From Candidatus Lernaella stagnicola (GTDB lineage: Bacteria; Lernaellota; Lernaellaia; Lernaellales; Lernaellaceae): a DNA stretch of 64,000 bases. This document shows positions 11,501-19,383 of this stretch, in pieces. Each line of letters starts with the position of its first letter. Position 1 is the first letter of the stretch. The position numbers and the translations under genes are program-made. The DNA is taken from positions 86,126 through 150,125 of the forward strand of contig JAVCCK010000034.1 of NCBI GenBank assembly GCA_030765525.1. Direction: 5' to 3'. Under the pieces are notes generated by a model. That model made no database searches and was not told the DNA's origin. It saw only the letters and a program-made list of their open reading frames with translations.

Positions 11501-13561
11501 TACGAGGAGACCGGCCAGCCCAACAAGGCGGTCATTCAATTGCTCGACCTCGCCGAGCAGCTTAGCGCGGCGGACGAGTCGGACGAGGCGGTCACGCAGC
11601 TTGAACGCGCCGTCGTCATGCAGCCGGGCAACGAGCCGGTCAACCAGCGGTTGGCCGAAGCCTACGGCGCGGCCGGCGAGAACGAGAAGGCGGTCGAGAA
11701 ATTCTTCCAATTGTATGAAATCGATATGGCGGCGCGGCGTCGGCGCGGCGCGGAAAGACACCTGCGCGAAATTCTCGAAATCGACCCCGACAACGCCGAG
11801 GCGAAAGAAAAGGTTTTCGACCTATTCAAGGCCGGCGTAACGCCGGAAGAAAAAATCGCCGATTTGTTCGAGCGGGCCGAAGAGTCGCTGGCCGGCGGCG
11901 ATATCAAGGCCGCCGAGCAGGCGCTCAAGCAGGCGCTCGTGATTGACCCGAGTCACAGCGAAGCGCGGGAACTGTTGACCCAAATCGCCACCACGCCCAC
12001 GCCGGAAATCGGCATCGAAGAACCGATCTCCGACGAGGTGTTCGACGTACAGGCCGTGAGTGACGAAACCGGAACCAGCGACGAGGAAATCGAAATCGAT
12101 TGGGGCGAACCCGAAGCGGCCGAAGAAGTGGCCGAAGAGATCGCCGTGCCGCACGCAGAACCGGACGAGGAAGTCGCTGCAGAGGGCGTGGAAGATGTCG
12201 ACGTGTTCGGCGACATGGCCGAAGGCGCACCCGAAGCCACGGCGGCGGAACCGGTTGCGGATGATGACCTTTCGCCGGAAGAGGTTGCTTTGGAAGACGC
12301 AATCGACCGCGTCGATTCGGCGTTGAGCGACAGCTTCGGCCAAGAGGGCGAGGAAGTGGAAGCCCCGGAAGAAGCCAAGGCTTCGGAAAACGTCGGCGAG
12401 AAATGGGTGGAGCGGCTCTTGCCGGAGACGGAAGAGGAAGCGACCCCCGAAATCTCCGAGGGAGAGTTTGCCGCCGCTGAGGAAGACATCGCCGAGATGG
12501 CCGCTCCTGCGGAAGCAGAGGTCGTCCAAGAGGAGTCGACCGACGAACTCACGCGGGCGATTGACGAATTCCTGGACGGCGCCACGCAGGAAGAAGAGCC
12601 GCCGACCAGCCTCGTGACGGAAGCGGAGCCCGAGACGGAATCGGCTGAAGATGTCGAAATGGTCGAAGGCCTGACGCAGGGCATTGACGATGTGTTCGAC
12701 CGGGAAGAGCCCGCGGCGGAAGCAGTCGTAGACGGCGACGAGATCTCCTCCGATGACTTCCTCGACGAAAAAGCCGAAGAAGAGCCCACCGAGGAAGGGC
12801 GCGTCGTCGAAGACTTCAAGCCGTTTACGGAGTCGACGCCGGAAGAAACGCTGGAGGGCGAAGTGGCTCCACCGGCGAGCGATGATGACTTCATGTCCGA
12901 TCTCCTGCACGAACTGGAGGAGGGGCAACCGGCGGAAGAAAAGCCTGCCGCTGAAGAAGCCGCGAGTGAGCCGCGCGACCTTTTCGACGAAGTGTTCGGT
13001 GAGGCCAAGACCGCCGCCGGTGCCGAAGGAAGCGGCGATGCTTTCGACGAATTGCTCGGTGATTTGGGCGAGGCGGGGAAGGCCTCCGAGGAAGACGACA
13101 TCTTCAAGTCTTTTGTCGAAGGTCTGCCGGAAGAGTTGCGCTCGTCCAATTCGGCGCAGACTCATTACGACCTGGGCATTGCGTTCCGCGAAATGGACTC
13201 GAACACCGAAGCCATTGCCGAACTCGAGAAGGCGCTGATCAAGGACGACGGTTCGCTGGCGTTCGCCGTCAATTACGAGTTGGGCCAGTGTTACGCCATC
13301 CTCGAAAAATTCGATATGGCCGTTGATTACTTCGAAACCGCGATATCGGCGGGCACCGACGACGAACAAGTCATGCTCGACCTCACTTTCGAATTGGCGG
13401 TCGCGCTCAAGAATATGGGCGAGTTCGGCGAGGCGAAAAAGTTCTTCGAGCAAGTCGACAAACAGTCGAAAAATTATCGCGGCGCCAAGGCTGAGATCGC
13501 CGAGTGCAAAGCCGGTGGCAAGAAACGCGGCGGGGACGACGATAACATCGGATACCTTTGA
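5540..13561 (+). CDS. Giant TPR/helical-repeat protein, SgmX-like (2,673 aa)
   Basis: N-terminal TPRs, Glu-rich linker, ~30 x 54-aa helical repeats, second acidic linker, C-terminal TPRs (THYDLGIAFREM...) ending NIGYL. TTG start after GGGAG. Confidence 0.85.
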   Translation: MAKDKKGKKDGLLSKLKGSKQKKYDPELAELQREVQDDPANMRARRKLADYYLKRGDKLKALDQYLTVAETYAEKGFYPKSVAVYKQALQLQPDMIEIYLKLAGLYRKLGLIPEVVEQYHKAAAIYENQGKNREALDMRRMMLDLDPSNIMGRLKLGQKYLEGGFKTEASASFLRVAELFEQQGKTAEKQKLLEGVLDRGLEVFEILYKLVELYREQGHPELALARLAKLSGELAGSSSTLELTAEIAAELGKPAVAIKALERASELYRKIDRMDKVREVCERILELDVDNEYAVTRLSEIPSPPVSEDIELEPLPEMEEEEEFETITPPAAKVEKAVEEITIEDDELPLEEVSPEEEPVIEEVQIEDDLVIEEVALDEEQPVVEVEPVEVEEPEPAEIEEIALEEEPVVEEVAVEEEVAIEEVAMEEAELEEEPVVVEVAMEEEPVVEEVAAEEEVAAEAEEPVEEEAEEEGPDQIDLGEMSEEEAAERLDEAIDIYLKYNLRDKAVEYLNLALERNPSSLLVLEKLMTVHRDSGEDAKAEQILGELIEIAQKQQRVEKLEQYLTQMLEASPDDLDTALRLAEHYEETEPERAIVHFFDLANRHRDLENADEAELMLDRILAIDPEHEGAHRELLDIFEQSGQIDKAVEKLFALAEAARDSGDTESAENFLMRVLDHHSNEDRAQEELLALYDHAGATDKYADLLRRVADQNAQAGHYDRALEQYGQWLDLDEDNLEARERIKDLYLEKGDTDEAIGILIDIAERAADEHPTKAAEALREILSLDSDHVAARESLRDALLAAGDVAGAVNEMMTLAKAALENSEAEEALGHLDGVLGVDPRNDQALRRKISILRDLGREDEATELLFEIAAFAERSGDIDKAEATLREVLATDEHAIRARISLKDLFLNAGLEDKAVAELIDLAQTAEQTGDNDTALVYWGEISGLDPDNLDARKGIARLHLAGGDTDSAVSELLSVAGLQETGGDLDGAIETLRQALEYDEQNEVAASRLIELLLQTGQTEPAVELLMTEAAHARSAGRLPKARDSYERVIEHDGRNVEARRQLKEVYLGTGRQDRAIEQLFAMADLFKALDEPDNVEAALREVIELDGENTEAATALKDHYFASGQQAAGLDMLHDFVQKARAQREIEEAKTFAEEMLAVQSDDRRALIALAEIAVEENDTFAAVGRFRTLAGLALAENANEEAERHFARIIELDDADAEARAELKTLLLARGDRLGATEQLFALADLAGEGGDSDEALRYYREVLELDSRNETALENLVDIMVAAGDGDQAIEEMFLLAEIAREKTDFTRAERFLRQVLDVDGDNTQALEILSDVHIAGGETGQAVEELFRLVEAAENAEDYEHALGLVDRVLDLDEENINALGKKADLLDLLERHDEAVASLLQLAGAQRARELDDHAERALRKAQKLAPEDQGVHDALIDLLSGAEDTQPVIDELLRFNGAAIEDGDHDKATTVARRILDLNPRFERAHRMLIDALKAQDELEAATEALFALSDLQAEAGEQAAAEETIEEVLSLEATNQAAIDKLTMLMLDTGRHSEAVKLLLAFGDRLQRVEQFAEARTAFERVLDIEDGDAEALGKLKESYLVTSDMAEAVEILFRTVSAADSRHEEDLAFDSLREILELDERNIEAFEDLKARLFKADRVDDAVDLMLMADEKMPPVWDEDRRIDNLEEILETDEQNNEALERLADIFKRTDQADRAMDILFRLAELAEQDGDSEGAAGRLGDIIAIDGRNLRAHLRVANLYEQAGDEDALAARLLTIAHLQQDAGDLDEAAATLRRVQAIEKFEEKALRELDDLFGAAGDEQQRLEVRFELAAVYGRRDDVTEAEAIYLGILKQDTDNLLARDSVINLYAEHERGADAAAQAIVLADRARKAEDFDEAISRYEQVLFFDVDNTKARRHLKSLLVKTEQFGAACMQLRVLADAARDGDDLIAVEDALTELLQLQPDDLDVRRELVDLYEETGQPNKAVIQLLDLAEQLSAADESDEAVTQLERAVVMQPGNEPVNQRLAEAYGAAGENEKAVEKFFQLYEIDMAARRRRGAERHLREILEIDPDNAEAKEKVFDLFKAGVTPEEKIADLFERAEESLAGGDIKAAEQALKQALVIDPSHSEARELLTQIATTPTPEIGIEEPISDEVFDVQAVSDETGTSDEEIEIDWGEPEAAEEVAEEIAVPHAEPDEEVAAEGVEDVDVFGDMAEGAPEATAAEPVADDDLSPEEVALEDAIDRVDSALSDSFGQEGEEVEAPEEAKASENVGEKWVERLLPETEEEATPEISEGEFAAAEEDIAEMAAPAEAEVVQEESTDELTRAIDEFLDGATQEEEPPTSLVTEAEPETESAEDVEMVEGLTQGIDDVFDREEPAAEAVVDGDEISSDDFLDEKAEEEPTEEGRVVEDFKPFTESTPEETLEGEVAPPASDDDFMSDLLHELEEGQPAEEKPAAEEAASEPRDLFDEVFGEAKTAAGAEGSGDAFDELLGDLGEAGKASEEDDIFKSFVEGLPEELRSSNSAQTHYDLGIAFREMDSNTEAIAELEKALIKDDGSLAFAVNYELGQCYAILEKFDMAVDYFETAISAGTDDEQVMLDLTFELAVALKNMGEFGEAKKFFEQVDKQSKNYRGAKAEIAECKAGGKKRGGDDDNIGYL
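6745..6915 (+). repeat. Imperfect intragenic tandem repeats encoding EEEPVVEEVA(M/V/A)EEE
   Basis: Recurring gaagagcc(g/c)gtcgtcg(a/t)agaagt(t/c)gcg units. Confidence 0.7.
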
Positions 13562-14493
13562 TGAACTACCTTGAGTTCTACGCGCTGGAGCGCGAGCCCT
13601 TTTCCAACGTGCCTGACCAACGCTTTTTTTGGAACGGTCGTTCGCACCAGGTCGCCCTGACCAAACTGCAATTCGCGCTCTCCCAACGCCGCGGCCTAGC
13701 CCTGGTCACCGGCGAAATCGGCGCGGGGAAAACCACGCTGGCCCGTCAACTCTTTGAGTCGCTGGACGACGACAAATTCTTCCGCGCCTTGCTCGTGGTG
13801 ATTCACGCCGAGGTGACGGCCGATTGGCTATTGCACCGGTTCGCTCAATTGCTGGGCGTCCCCGAACCCAAACACGGCAAGCTGGAATTGCTCGGGCAGA
13901 TATACCAACGCCTACGCGAAATCGACCGCGAAGATAAGACCGTCAGCCTGCTTATCGATGAAGCCCAGATGCTCGGCACCCGCGAACTGATGGAAGAATT
14001 CCGCGGCCTGCTCAACATCGAAATGCAGGGGCGAAAGCTGATCAACTTCGTGTTCTTCGGTCTGCCGGAAGTCGAACAGAACCTCACGCTCGACGAGCCC
14101 CTCCGCCAACGCGTCGCGCTGCGCATCGGCCTGCAACGCTACGACGAACACGACACCACCGAATACATCGCGCACCGCTTGAGAATCGCGGGCGGCGACC
14201 CGGAATTGATCAACGTCGACGCGGCCCGTTGCGTGCACTCTTTCAGCCTCGGTTCGCCACGCGTAACCAACGCGATTTGCGACAACCTGCTGCTGGAGGG
14301 TTTCCTCGATGAAACCCGGACGTTGACCGTGGAGATGGCGAAAAAAGTCGCCGGCGAACTGAATCTTCAACCGCCGCAACGGGACCCGCTCGCCGAAATC
14401 CTGGGGCGGCGACCGGGCAATCAACCGGCGCCGAACGCCGAAGAATGGCGCGAGGTTGACCTCGATAAACTGCTGAGTTTCCTCGACGAGTAA
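13561..14493 (+). CDS. ExeA/GspA-family AAA ATPase
   Basis: YLEFYALEREPFSNVPD, Walker A GEIGAGKTT, Walker B LLIDEAQ, LRQRV, GSPRVTNAICD. TGATG overlap with upstream stop. Confidence 0.9.
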   Translation: MNYLEFYALEREPFSNVPDQRFFWNGRSHQVALTKLQFALSQRRGLALVTGEIGAGKTTLARQLFESLDDDKFFRALLVVIHAEVTADWLLHRFAQLLGVPEPKHGKLELLGQIYQRLREIDREDKTVSLLIDEAQMLGTRELMEEFRGLLNIEMQGRKLINFVFFGLPEVEQNLTLDEPLRQRVALRIGLQRYDEHDTTEYIAHRLRIAGGDPELINVDAARCVHSFSLGSPRVTNAICDNLLLEGFLDETRTLTVEMAKKVAGELNLQPPQRDPLAEILGRRPGNQPAPNAEEWREVDLDKLLSFLDE

Positions 14494-14499
14494 TACGGC

Positions 14500-15390
14500 A
14501 TGGTCGAAATTTACGCGAAGACAGAGAAGCGGATCATCAAAGGCAATGACGGCACGCCGCTGGCCGTTTGGATCATGGGGGACGGGCCGGTGGATTGGGT
14601 CATCGCGCCCGGTCTCGGCACGCCGCACATTTCCTGGAAGTTCATTGTCGAGCGTTTCCAACACCAATTTCGCGTAATCACCTGGGACGCCCGGGGTACG
14701 TACTCGTCGGGCACGCCGCGCGACATGGATCGCCTGCGGGTCGAAGACCACGCTGCGGACTTGTTCGCGGTTGTCGATGAACTCGGTATTGACGAGTTTA
14801 TCGCCGGGGGGTGGTCGATGGGCGTGCAGATATCGCTCGAGGCCTTTCACCGGCAGCCCGAGCGCTTTTCCGCGCTCATTCTGCTAAACGGAGCTCCGGG
14901 TCAACTGCTTTCAACGGCGTACGGCGTTCCCGGTTTTGAGAAATTCGCCATTGCCGTTCTTAATGTCAGCAGCCGTTTCGGCTCGCTGTTCGGCCCGGCG
15001 TTTACTTGGTTGCTGACCCAGCCGTGGACGCTTTCGACCATGAAGGCGCTGCAGATATTTACCGACAACGAAGAGTATTTCAGAAAGATGGTCGGTACCT
15101 TCCGGGACCTCGACTTCGGCACCTACTTTAAGATGATGGTGCTCACGAACGAACACACGGCCGTACCATATCTACCGGAGGTCGACGTGCCGACGCTGAT
15201 TACCGCCGGCACCAAAGACAAGATGACGCCGCTGAAGACGGCACATTTGATCGTTGATACGATACCCAACGCGGAACTGTTCATTGTTCCCAACGGTACC
15301 CACTACACGATTGTCGAATATCCGGAGATCATCAATCTGCGCTTGGAACGCTTTTTCCGCGATCACGTGCCCGAAGCGAACGTGGACTAG
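14500..15390 (+). CDS. Alpha/beta hydrolase
   Basis: WDARG, nucleophile elbow GWSMG, GTKDKMTP (Asp), GTHY (His). Confidence 0.9.
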   Translation: MVEIYAKTEKRIIKGNDGTPLAVWIMGDGPVDWVIAPGLGTPHISWKFIVERFQHQFRVITWDARGTYSSGTPRDMDRLRVEDHAADLFAVVDELGIDEFIAGGWSMGVQISLEAFHRQPERFSALILLNGAPGQLLSTAYGVPGFEKFAIAVLNVSSRFGSLFGPAFTWLLTQPWTLSTMKALQIFTDNEEYFRKMVGTFRDLDFGTYFKMMVLTNEHTAVPYLPEVDVPTLITAGTKDKMTPLKTAHLIVDTIPNAELFIVPNGTHYTIVEYPEIINLRLERFFRDHVPEANVD

Positions 15391-15406
15391 TCTCTTTTCC
15401 CGACTT

Positions 15407-15440
15407 AAAAAAATAAGGACCGTGGGGGAGCACGGTCCTT
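15407..15440 (-). terminator. Intrinsic terminator
   Basis: Minus strand AAGGACCGTG-ctcccc-CACGGTCCTT (perfect 10-bp stem), then ATTTTTTT. Confidence 0.8.
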
Positions 15441-15636
15441 CACTCCTTAGCTACTCGGTCGCAGGCCAAAATCGAATAGCTAAGTGTTTTCTCGAAAAAC
15501 GAAGCCAGGGACGCCGCCAAAAATATTAGAGGTTCCTTTTAGTCGGGTCGGCTTATATGTGAGGATCTCTTTCTGTTTATTGTTACAGAGCTTTGCCGAC
15601 GCCCCCAACTTCCATTTCTTGTTTATCAAAGAACAC
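15407..15636 (-). ncRNA. Candidate sigma54-dependent small RNA (~230 nt)
   Basis: Bounded by a consensus -24/-12 promoter and a U-tailed terminator; two further stem-loops; no credible ORF. Confidence 0.6.
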
Positions 15637-15646
15637 CTGCATTAAA

Positions 15647-15662
15647 AGCAAGGACAGTGCCA
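15647..15662 (-). promoter_or_regulatory. sigma54 (-24/-12) promoter
   Basis: Minus strand TGGCACTGTCCTTGCT matches TGGCAC-N5-TTGCW exactly. Confidence 0.75.
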
Positions 15663-15986
15663 ACGTCGAACCATCGTTGCAGGGGCAGCGTAACTAGTTG
15701 AAATATAAAGAATGTTACATGCACTCAGCGCACCACTGCGGACCCGGTCGACGCCACGACGCCGAATATTTGCGAAATCGGTTGAAAACAGTGCGGAAAA
15801 TCCAGCGGTCGCGCTGAAGATTAAGCGCGATGGACGGCCTCGGTGTAAGGCCATCCCCTACAGTGGGCCGTTTTTCGCGTCTGGAGCGACGCGGAATCTC
15901 GCGGGGAAATCCAGAAGCCGAATTGGAAACCGGTTGTCGTTAGACATGCGAAGCGGAGTCGAACGAGCGGCGTATCCTTACCCGTG

Positions 15987-16388
15987 TTACCCCATTCGTT
16001 CGGTGCGGTTCCGATCGTAGGGAACATCCGGGCGCTCGTGCCAGTAGCTTTCCTTTTGCGGTTCGATTTTGCGGTCGAAGAAGTCGATACGCAGCGCACG
16101 TAATACCAAGCCGACGGGTACGAACATGACAAGCCAAACCGAGGTCAACAGGATGCGTGTCACCACCCAGTTCAGCTTCATCGCCAACCACATCCAGCCG
16201 CGAAACACCGGCCGCATGAGCGGCTTCAGAAATAGGCCGACCACCAAAACGACAACCGCCGCGGCGGCCAGGTAGGGCCAGAATTCCCGCTCCCGATACC
16301 AGCCGAGCGCCGCAAAGCCGCCCAATAGCACCGCCAGGGCTAGGCTGAAGCTCCGGATGTCTTTGTTTTCGTCTTTTTTTCGTGCCAT
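15987..16388 (-). CDS. SxtJ-family membrane protein
   Basis: DIRSFSLAL, WMWLAMKLNWVVTRILL, P.GLVLR, terminal ESYW; directly downstream of a carbamoyltransferase. Confidence 0.82.
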   Translation of the reverse strand: MARKKDENKDIRSFSLALAVLLGGFAALGWYREREFWPYLAAAAVVVLVVGLFLKPLMRPVFRGWMWLAMKLNWVVTRILLTSVWLVMFVPVGLVLRALRIDFFDRKIEPQKESYWHERPDVPYDRNRTERMG

Positions 16389-16391
16389 GGC

Positions 16392-18212
16392 TTAATCCGG
16401 ACGGAAGTGTTTGCGCCAGTCGAAGTCTTCTTCCCACTTCGGCTGTTCGGGTTTCAGGAGTAAAAGCGAGCCCATCATCAGCGCGTCCATTTCGGTGCGC
16501 ATGAAACAGCGGTAGGCGTCTTCCGGCGTGCGCACGATCGGCTCGCCCCGCACGTTGAAACTCGTGTTGATCACCAACGGCACGCCCGAGCGCTTCTCAA
16601 ATTCCTTGATCAACCGGTGGTAGGGCGCATTGACCTCCGCCCGCACCGATTGGATCCGTGCCGATCCATCCACGTGCGTGATCGCGGGCACTTCGCTGCG
16701 TACCACGCGAAGTTTGGCCAGCCCCTGCGTCGCCCGGTCCGCCTCGCTGACCGTTCGCCGCTTTTCGTCGGCCACTTGCGTGACCAGCAGCATGTAAGGG
16801 CTAGGCCGGTCGATATCGAACCAATCGCTGATATTCTCTTCGCATATCGTGGGCGCGAAGGGCCGGAAACTTTCTCGGTATTTGATTTTCAAATTCATCG
16901 TGCGCTGCATCTCCGAGTCTCGCGGATCGCCCAAGATGCTGCGCGCGCCCAACGCCCGCGGTCCGAATTCCATGCGTCCTTGGAACCAACCGAGTACTTT
17001 CCCGCTGTCGATCAACTCGGCGCCCTTAACCGGCACGTCGGCTTCACTGAGCTTGTGGAAGGGAATCTCGTGCCGTTTCAAGAATTCCTCAATGTAATCG
17101 TCGGAATAGGCCGGTCCCAGATAGCTGCCGCTTTGGGTGTCCTGACCGTCGGCCCGAACCTGACGCGGGCGATTCAGGTATTGGTGCCAGGAGAAAAGCG
17201 CCGCGCCTAACGCGCCGCCCGCATCGCCCGACGCGGGTTGAATCCACAAGTTTTCGAAGGGGCCCTCGCGCAGCACGCGGCCGTTGCCCACGCAATTGAG
17301 CGACACGCCGCCGGCGAGGCAGAGGTTTTTCTCGCCCGTCATCTTGTGGACGTGAAACGCCGTTTTCAGCATCACCTCTTCGGTCACCGCCTGCACCGAG
17401 CGCGCCAGGTCCATGTGAACCTGTTCGAGCTCGCTTTCCGGCAGGCGTCGGGGAATGCCGAAAAGCTTGGCGAACGCGCGGCCGGTCATGCGCAGGCCGT
17501 GCAGATACGTGAAGTACTTCATGTTCAGCTTGAAGCTGCCGTCGTCCTTGATGTGGATCAGGTGCTTTTTGATCAGGTCCACGAAGCGCGGTTCGCCGTA
17601 GGGCGCCAGGCCCATGACCTTGTATTCGCCGGAGTTGACGCGGAATCCGAGGAAATACGTAAACGCCGAATACAGCAGGCCCACGCTGTGCGGGAAGCGG
17701 ATGTCGGCGTGAATCTTGACCTGGTTGCCCTTCGCCGTGCCCCAACTCATTGTCGTCCACTCGCCGACGCCGTCAAAGGTAATGAACGCCGCCGATTCGA
17801 AGGGACTTGGGAAAAACGCGCTGGCCGCGTGGCTTTGGTGGTGTTCCGGAAACACCTGCGGGCCGTGGTAACTCAGTTCCCGCGCGATGACCTTGGGAAT
17901 CAACAGCTTCTGTTTCGTCCACAGGGGCATGGCCATCAGGAAGCTGGGCAGCCCCAGCGGCGCGACGTTGAGGTAGGTGCGCAGCAAGCGCTCGAATTTT
18001 AGGAAGGGTTTGTCGTAGAACGCGACCAGATCGACGTCGCCGATCTGGATTCCCGCCTCCTCCAGAAGATATTGCACGGCATGATCGGGCAGAGTGTGGT
18101 CGTGCTTGATACGCGTGAAGCGCTCTTCTTGCGCCGCCGCGATAATTTCTCCGTCTTTTACCAAACACGCCGCGCTGTCGTGGTAAAAAGCACTGATTCC
18201 CAGGATATACAT
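16392..18212 (-). CDS. O-carbamoyltransferase (NodU/CmcH family)
   Basis: ILGISAFYHDSAA, AAQEERFTR, EHHQSHAASAF, GEYKVMGLAPYG, EFGPRALGARS, KYRESFRPFAP, NTSFN. ATG at 18212. Confidence 0.95.
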   Translation of the reverse strand: MYILGISAFYHDSAACLVKDGEIIAAAQEERFTRIKHDHTLPDHAVQYLLEEAGIQIGDVDLVAFYDKPFLKFERLLRTYLNVAPLGLPSFLMAMPLWTKQKLLIPKVIARELSYHGPQVFPEHHQSHAASAFFPSPFESAAFITFDGVGEWTTMSWGTAKGNQVKIHADIRFPHSVGLLYSAFTYFLGFRVNSGEYKVMGLAPYGEPRFVDLIKKHLIHIKDDGSFKLNMKYFTYLHGLRMTGRAFAKLFGIPRRLPESELEQVHMDLARSVQAVTEEVMLKTAFHVHKMTGEKNLCLAGGVSLNCVGNGRVLREGPFENLWIQPASGDAGGALGAALFSWHQYLNRPRQVRADGQDTQSGSYLGPAYSDDYIEEFLKRHEIPFHKLSEADVPVKGAELIDSGKVLGWFQGRMEFGPRALGARSILGDPRDSEMQRTMNLKIKYRESFRPFAPTICEENISDWFDIDRPSPYMLLVTQVADEKRRTVSEADRATQGLAKLRVVRSEVPAITHVDGSARIQSVRAEVNAPYHRLIKEFEKRSGVPLVINTSFNVRGEPIVRTPEDAYRCFMRTEMDALMMGSLLLLKPEQPKWEEDFDWRKHFRPD

Positions 18213-18326
18213 TCCTGGCAGACCCCCTGCCGTTTGCCGGCGCATCGCCCCCCGGGGGCGCACGCAGGTTTGGACGGGACTTGTATCACAACGCGGCAAC
18301 TCCGGTCAATCGACGCGGCTTGTACG

Positions 18327-18356
18327 TTGACAACCTTCCCCAACAAATCCTATGGT
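18327..18356 (+). promoter_or_regulatory. Putative sigma70 promoter
   Basis: TTGACA-N18-TATGGT upstream of the 18410 gene. Confidence 0.4.
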
Positions 18357-18409
18357 GATTATCATCAACGCAACCGATTACCATTTTAGCTTGTGACGGG
18401 AGAAAGCCG

Positions 18410-18982
18410 ATGCGCGTCAAATCTATGTTTTTATTCGTGATTGTTATGGTATTCAGTCTTGCCCTGATGGCGAATTCATGCGATGTGGACACCAAGACGG
18501 TCAAATTGGGACACGTCGATAAAAGTCTGAAGAAATACAAGGATACGAAGTGGGACGGGCTCCAAGAGCAAAAAATCGAGTTCGCCGTCGGCACCGGTAA
18601 CAAGCAAGTGGATGATTGGTCCAAACAGGCTGCCGTATTTTACGCGTCGCTCGTGCAAGCCGAGCATGTAGTGGATGTGGCCGGCAAAAAGGCCGAAAAA
18701 CTCAAGAAGAAGAAAAACAGCAAAGCCAAGAAAGAAGCACAGAGAGCGGTCAACGAAGCCGAAAAGATTCTGAAAAAAGCGGCCGACAACGCTCCAAAGC
18801 TGATCAAGAACGGTGAAAAACTGGTTGCCGATTACAAGACGCTCATCAACAATCCGACTAAGTTGCCGGCGATCGGTAAAGCATTGATGGGCTCGCTCGA
18901 AAACCTGAAACAGGTGATTGACCGGGCGCCGAAGACCTTGAAGAAACTCGGGAAACTATCAAAGAAACTCGCTAAAATCTAA
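18410..18982 (+). CDS. Lys-rich predicted lipoprotein, unknown function
   Basis: Signal peptide ending LMANSC; highly basic amphipathic helices. Confidence 0.72.
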   Translation: MRVKSMFLFVIVMVFSLALMANSCDVDTKTVKLGHVDKSLKKYKDTKWDGLQEQKIEFAVGTGNKQVDDWSKQAAVFYASLVQAEHVVDVAGKKAEKLKKKKNSKAKKEAQRAVNEAEKILKKAADNAPKLIKNGEKLVADYKTLINNPTKLPAIGKALMGSLENLKQVIDRAPKTLKKLGKLSKKLAKI

Positions 18983-19046
18983 GTGGAAACAAGACCGCCG
19001 CTCGTCAAAGAGCGTGCCGGGTAGCGTATGGTGGGTGGAGGACGCG

Positions 19047-19367
19047 ATGCAGTGGTTATTGGATAACTGGCAATTGTGCGTTTTCTATTGTCAGGAAGGG
19101 GCGTATTTCAGCGCCCTGCTGTCTCCCATTGGTATTGCCTTGTCGCTCCTGGTCGTGGTCCTGGGAGCCGTTCTCGGGAATATGCGAAAAACCCTGTGGA
19201 TGACCGTGTTCGCCGTGTGGTTTCTCGTGCCGCTTCACCATTTCACCGTCGAGGGCCAGACGCCCGGCGTCGGCAACGTGGGCGGCTACGGCGCGATGGG
19301 CGGGTTTGGTCTCGGCGTGCTGGTTGTTATCGCCGTTGGTTTCTACGTGTACCTCGTACGCGATTGA
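19047..19367 (+). CDS. Small membrane protein
   Basis: SD GGAGGA before ATG 19047; three hydrophobic segments. Confidence 0.65.
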   Translation: MQWLLDNWQLCVFYCQEGAYFSALLSPIGIALSLLVVVLGAVLGNMRKTLWMTVFAVWFLVPLHHFTVEGQTPGVGNVGGYGAMGGFGLGVLVVIAVGFYVYLVRD

Positions 19368-19383
19368 GGCGGCCGACAGGCTT

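Noticed and set aside
9716..13453. Long antisense ORFs (9716..11761, 11822..13453; likewise 2370..3791, 37394..38956, 50142..51620)
   Set aside because: Shadow frames of GC-rich, codon-biased real genes; no motifs.
15642..16020. Short ORFs in the sRNA promoter region (15642..15854, 15712..16020, also 15254..15529)
   Set aside because: No SD, atypical composition, and they overlap regulatory signals or real genes.
15987..18212. Saxitoxin biosynthesis
   Set aside because: Only the widespread carbamoyltransferase and SxtJ-like genes are present; no sxtA/G or other pathway genes.
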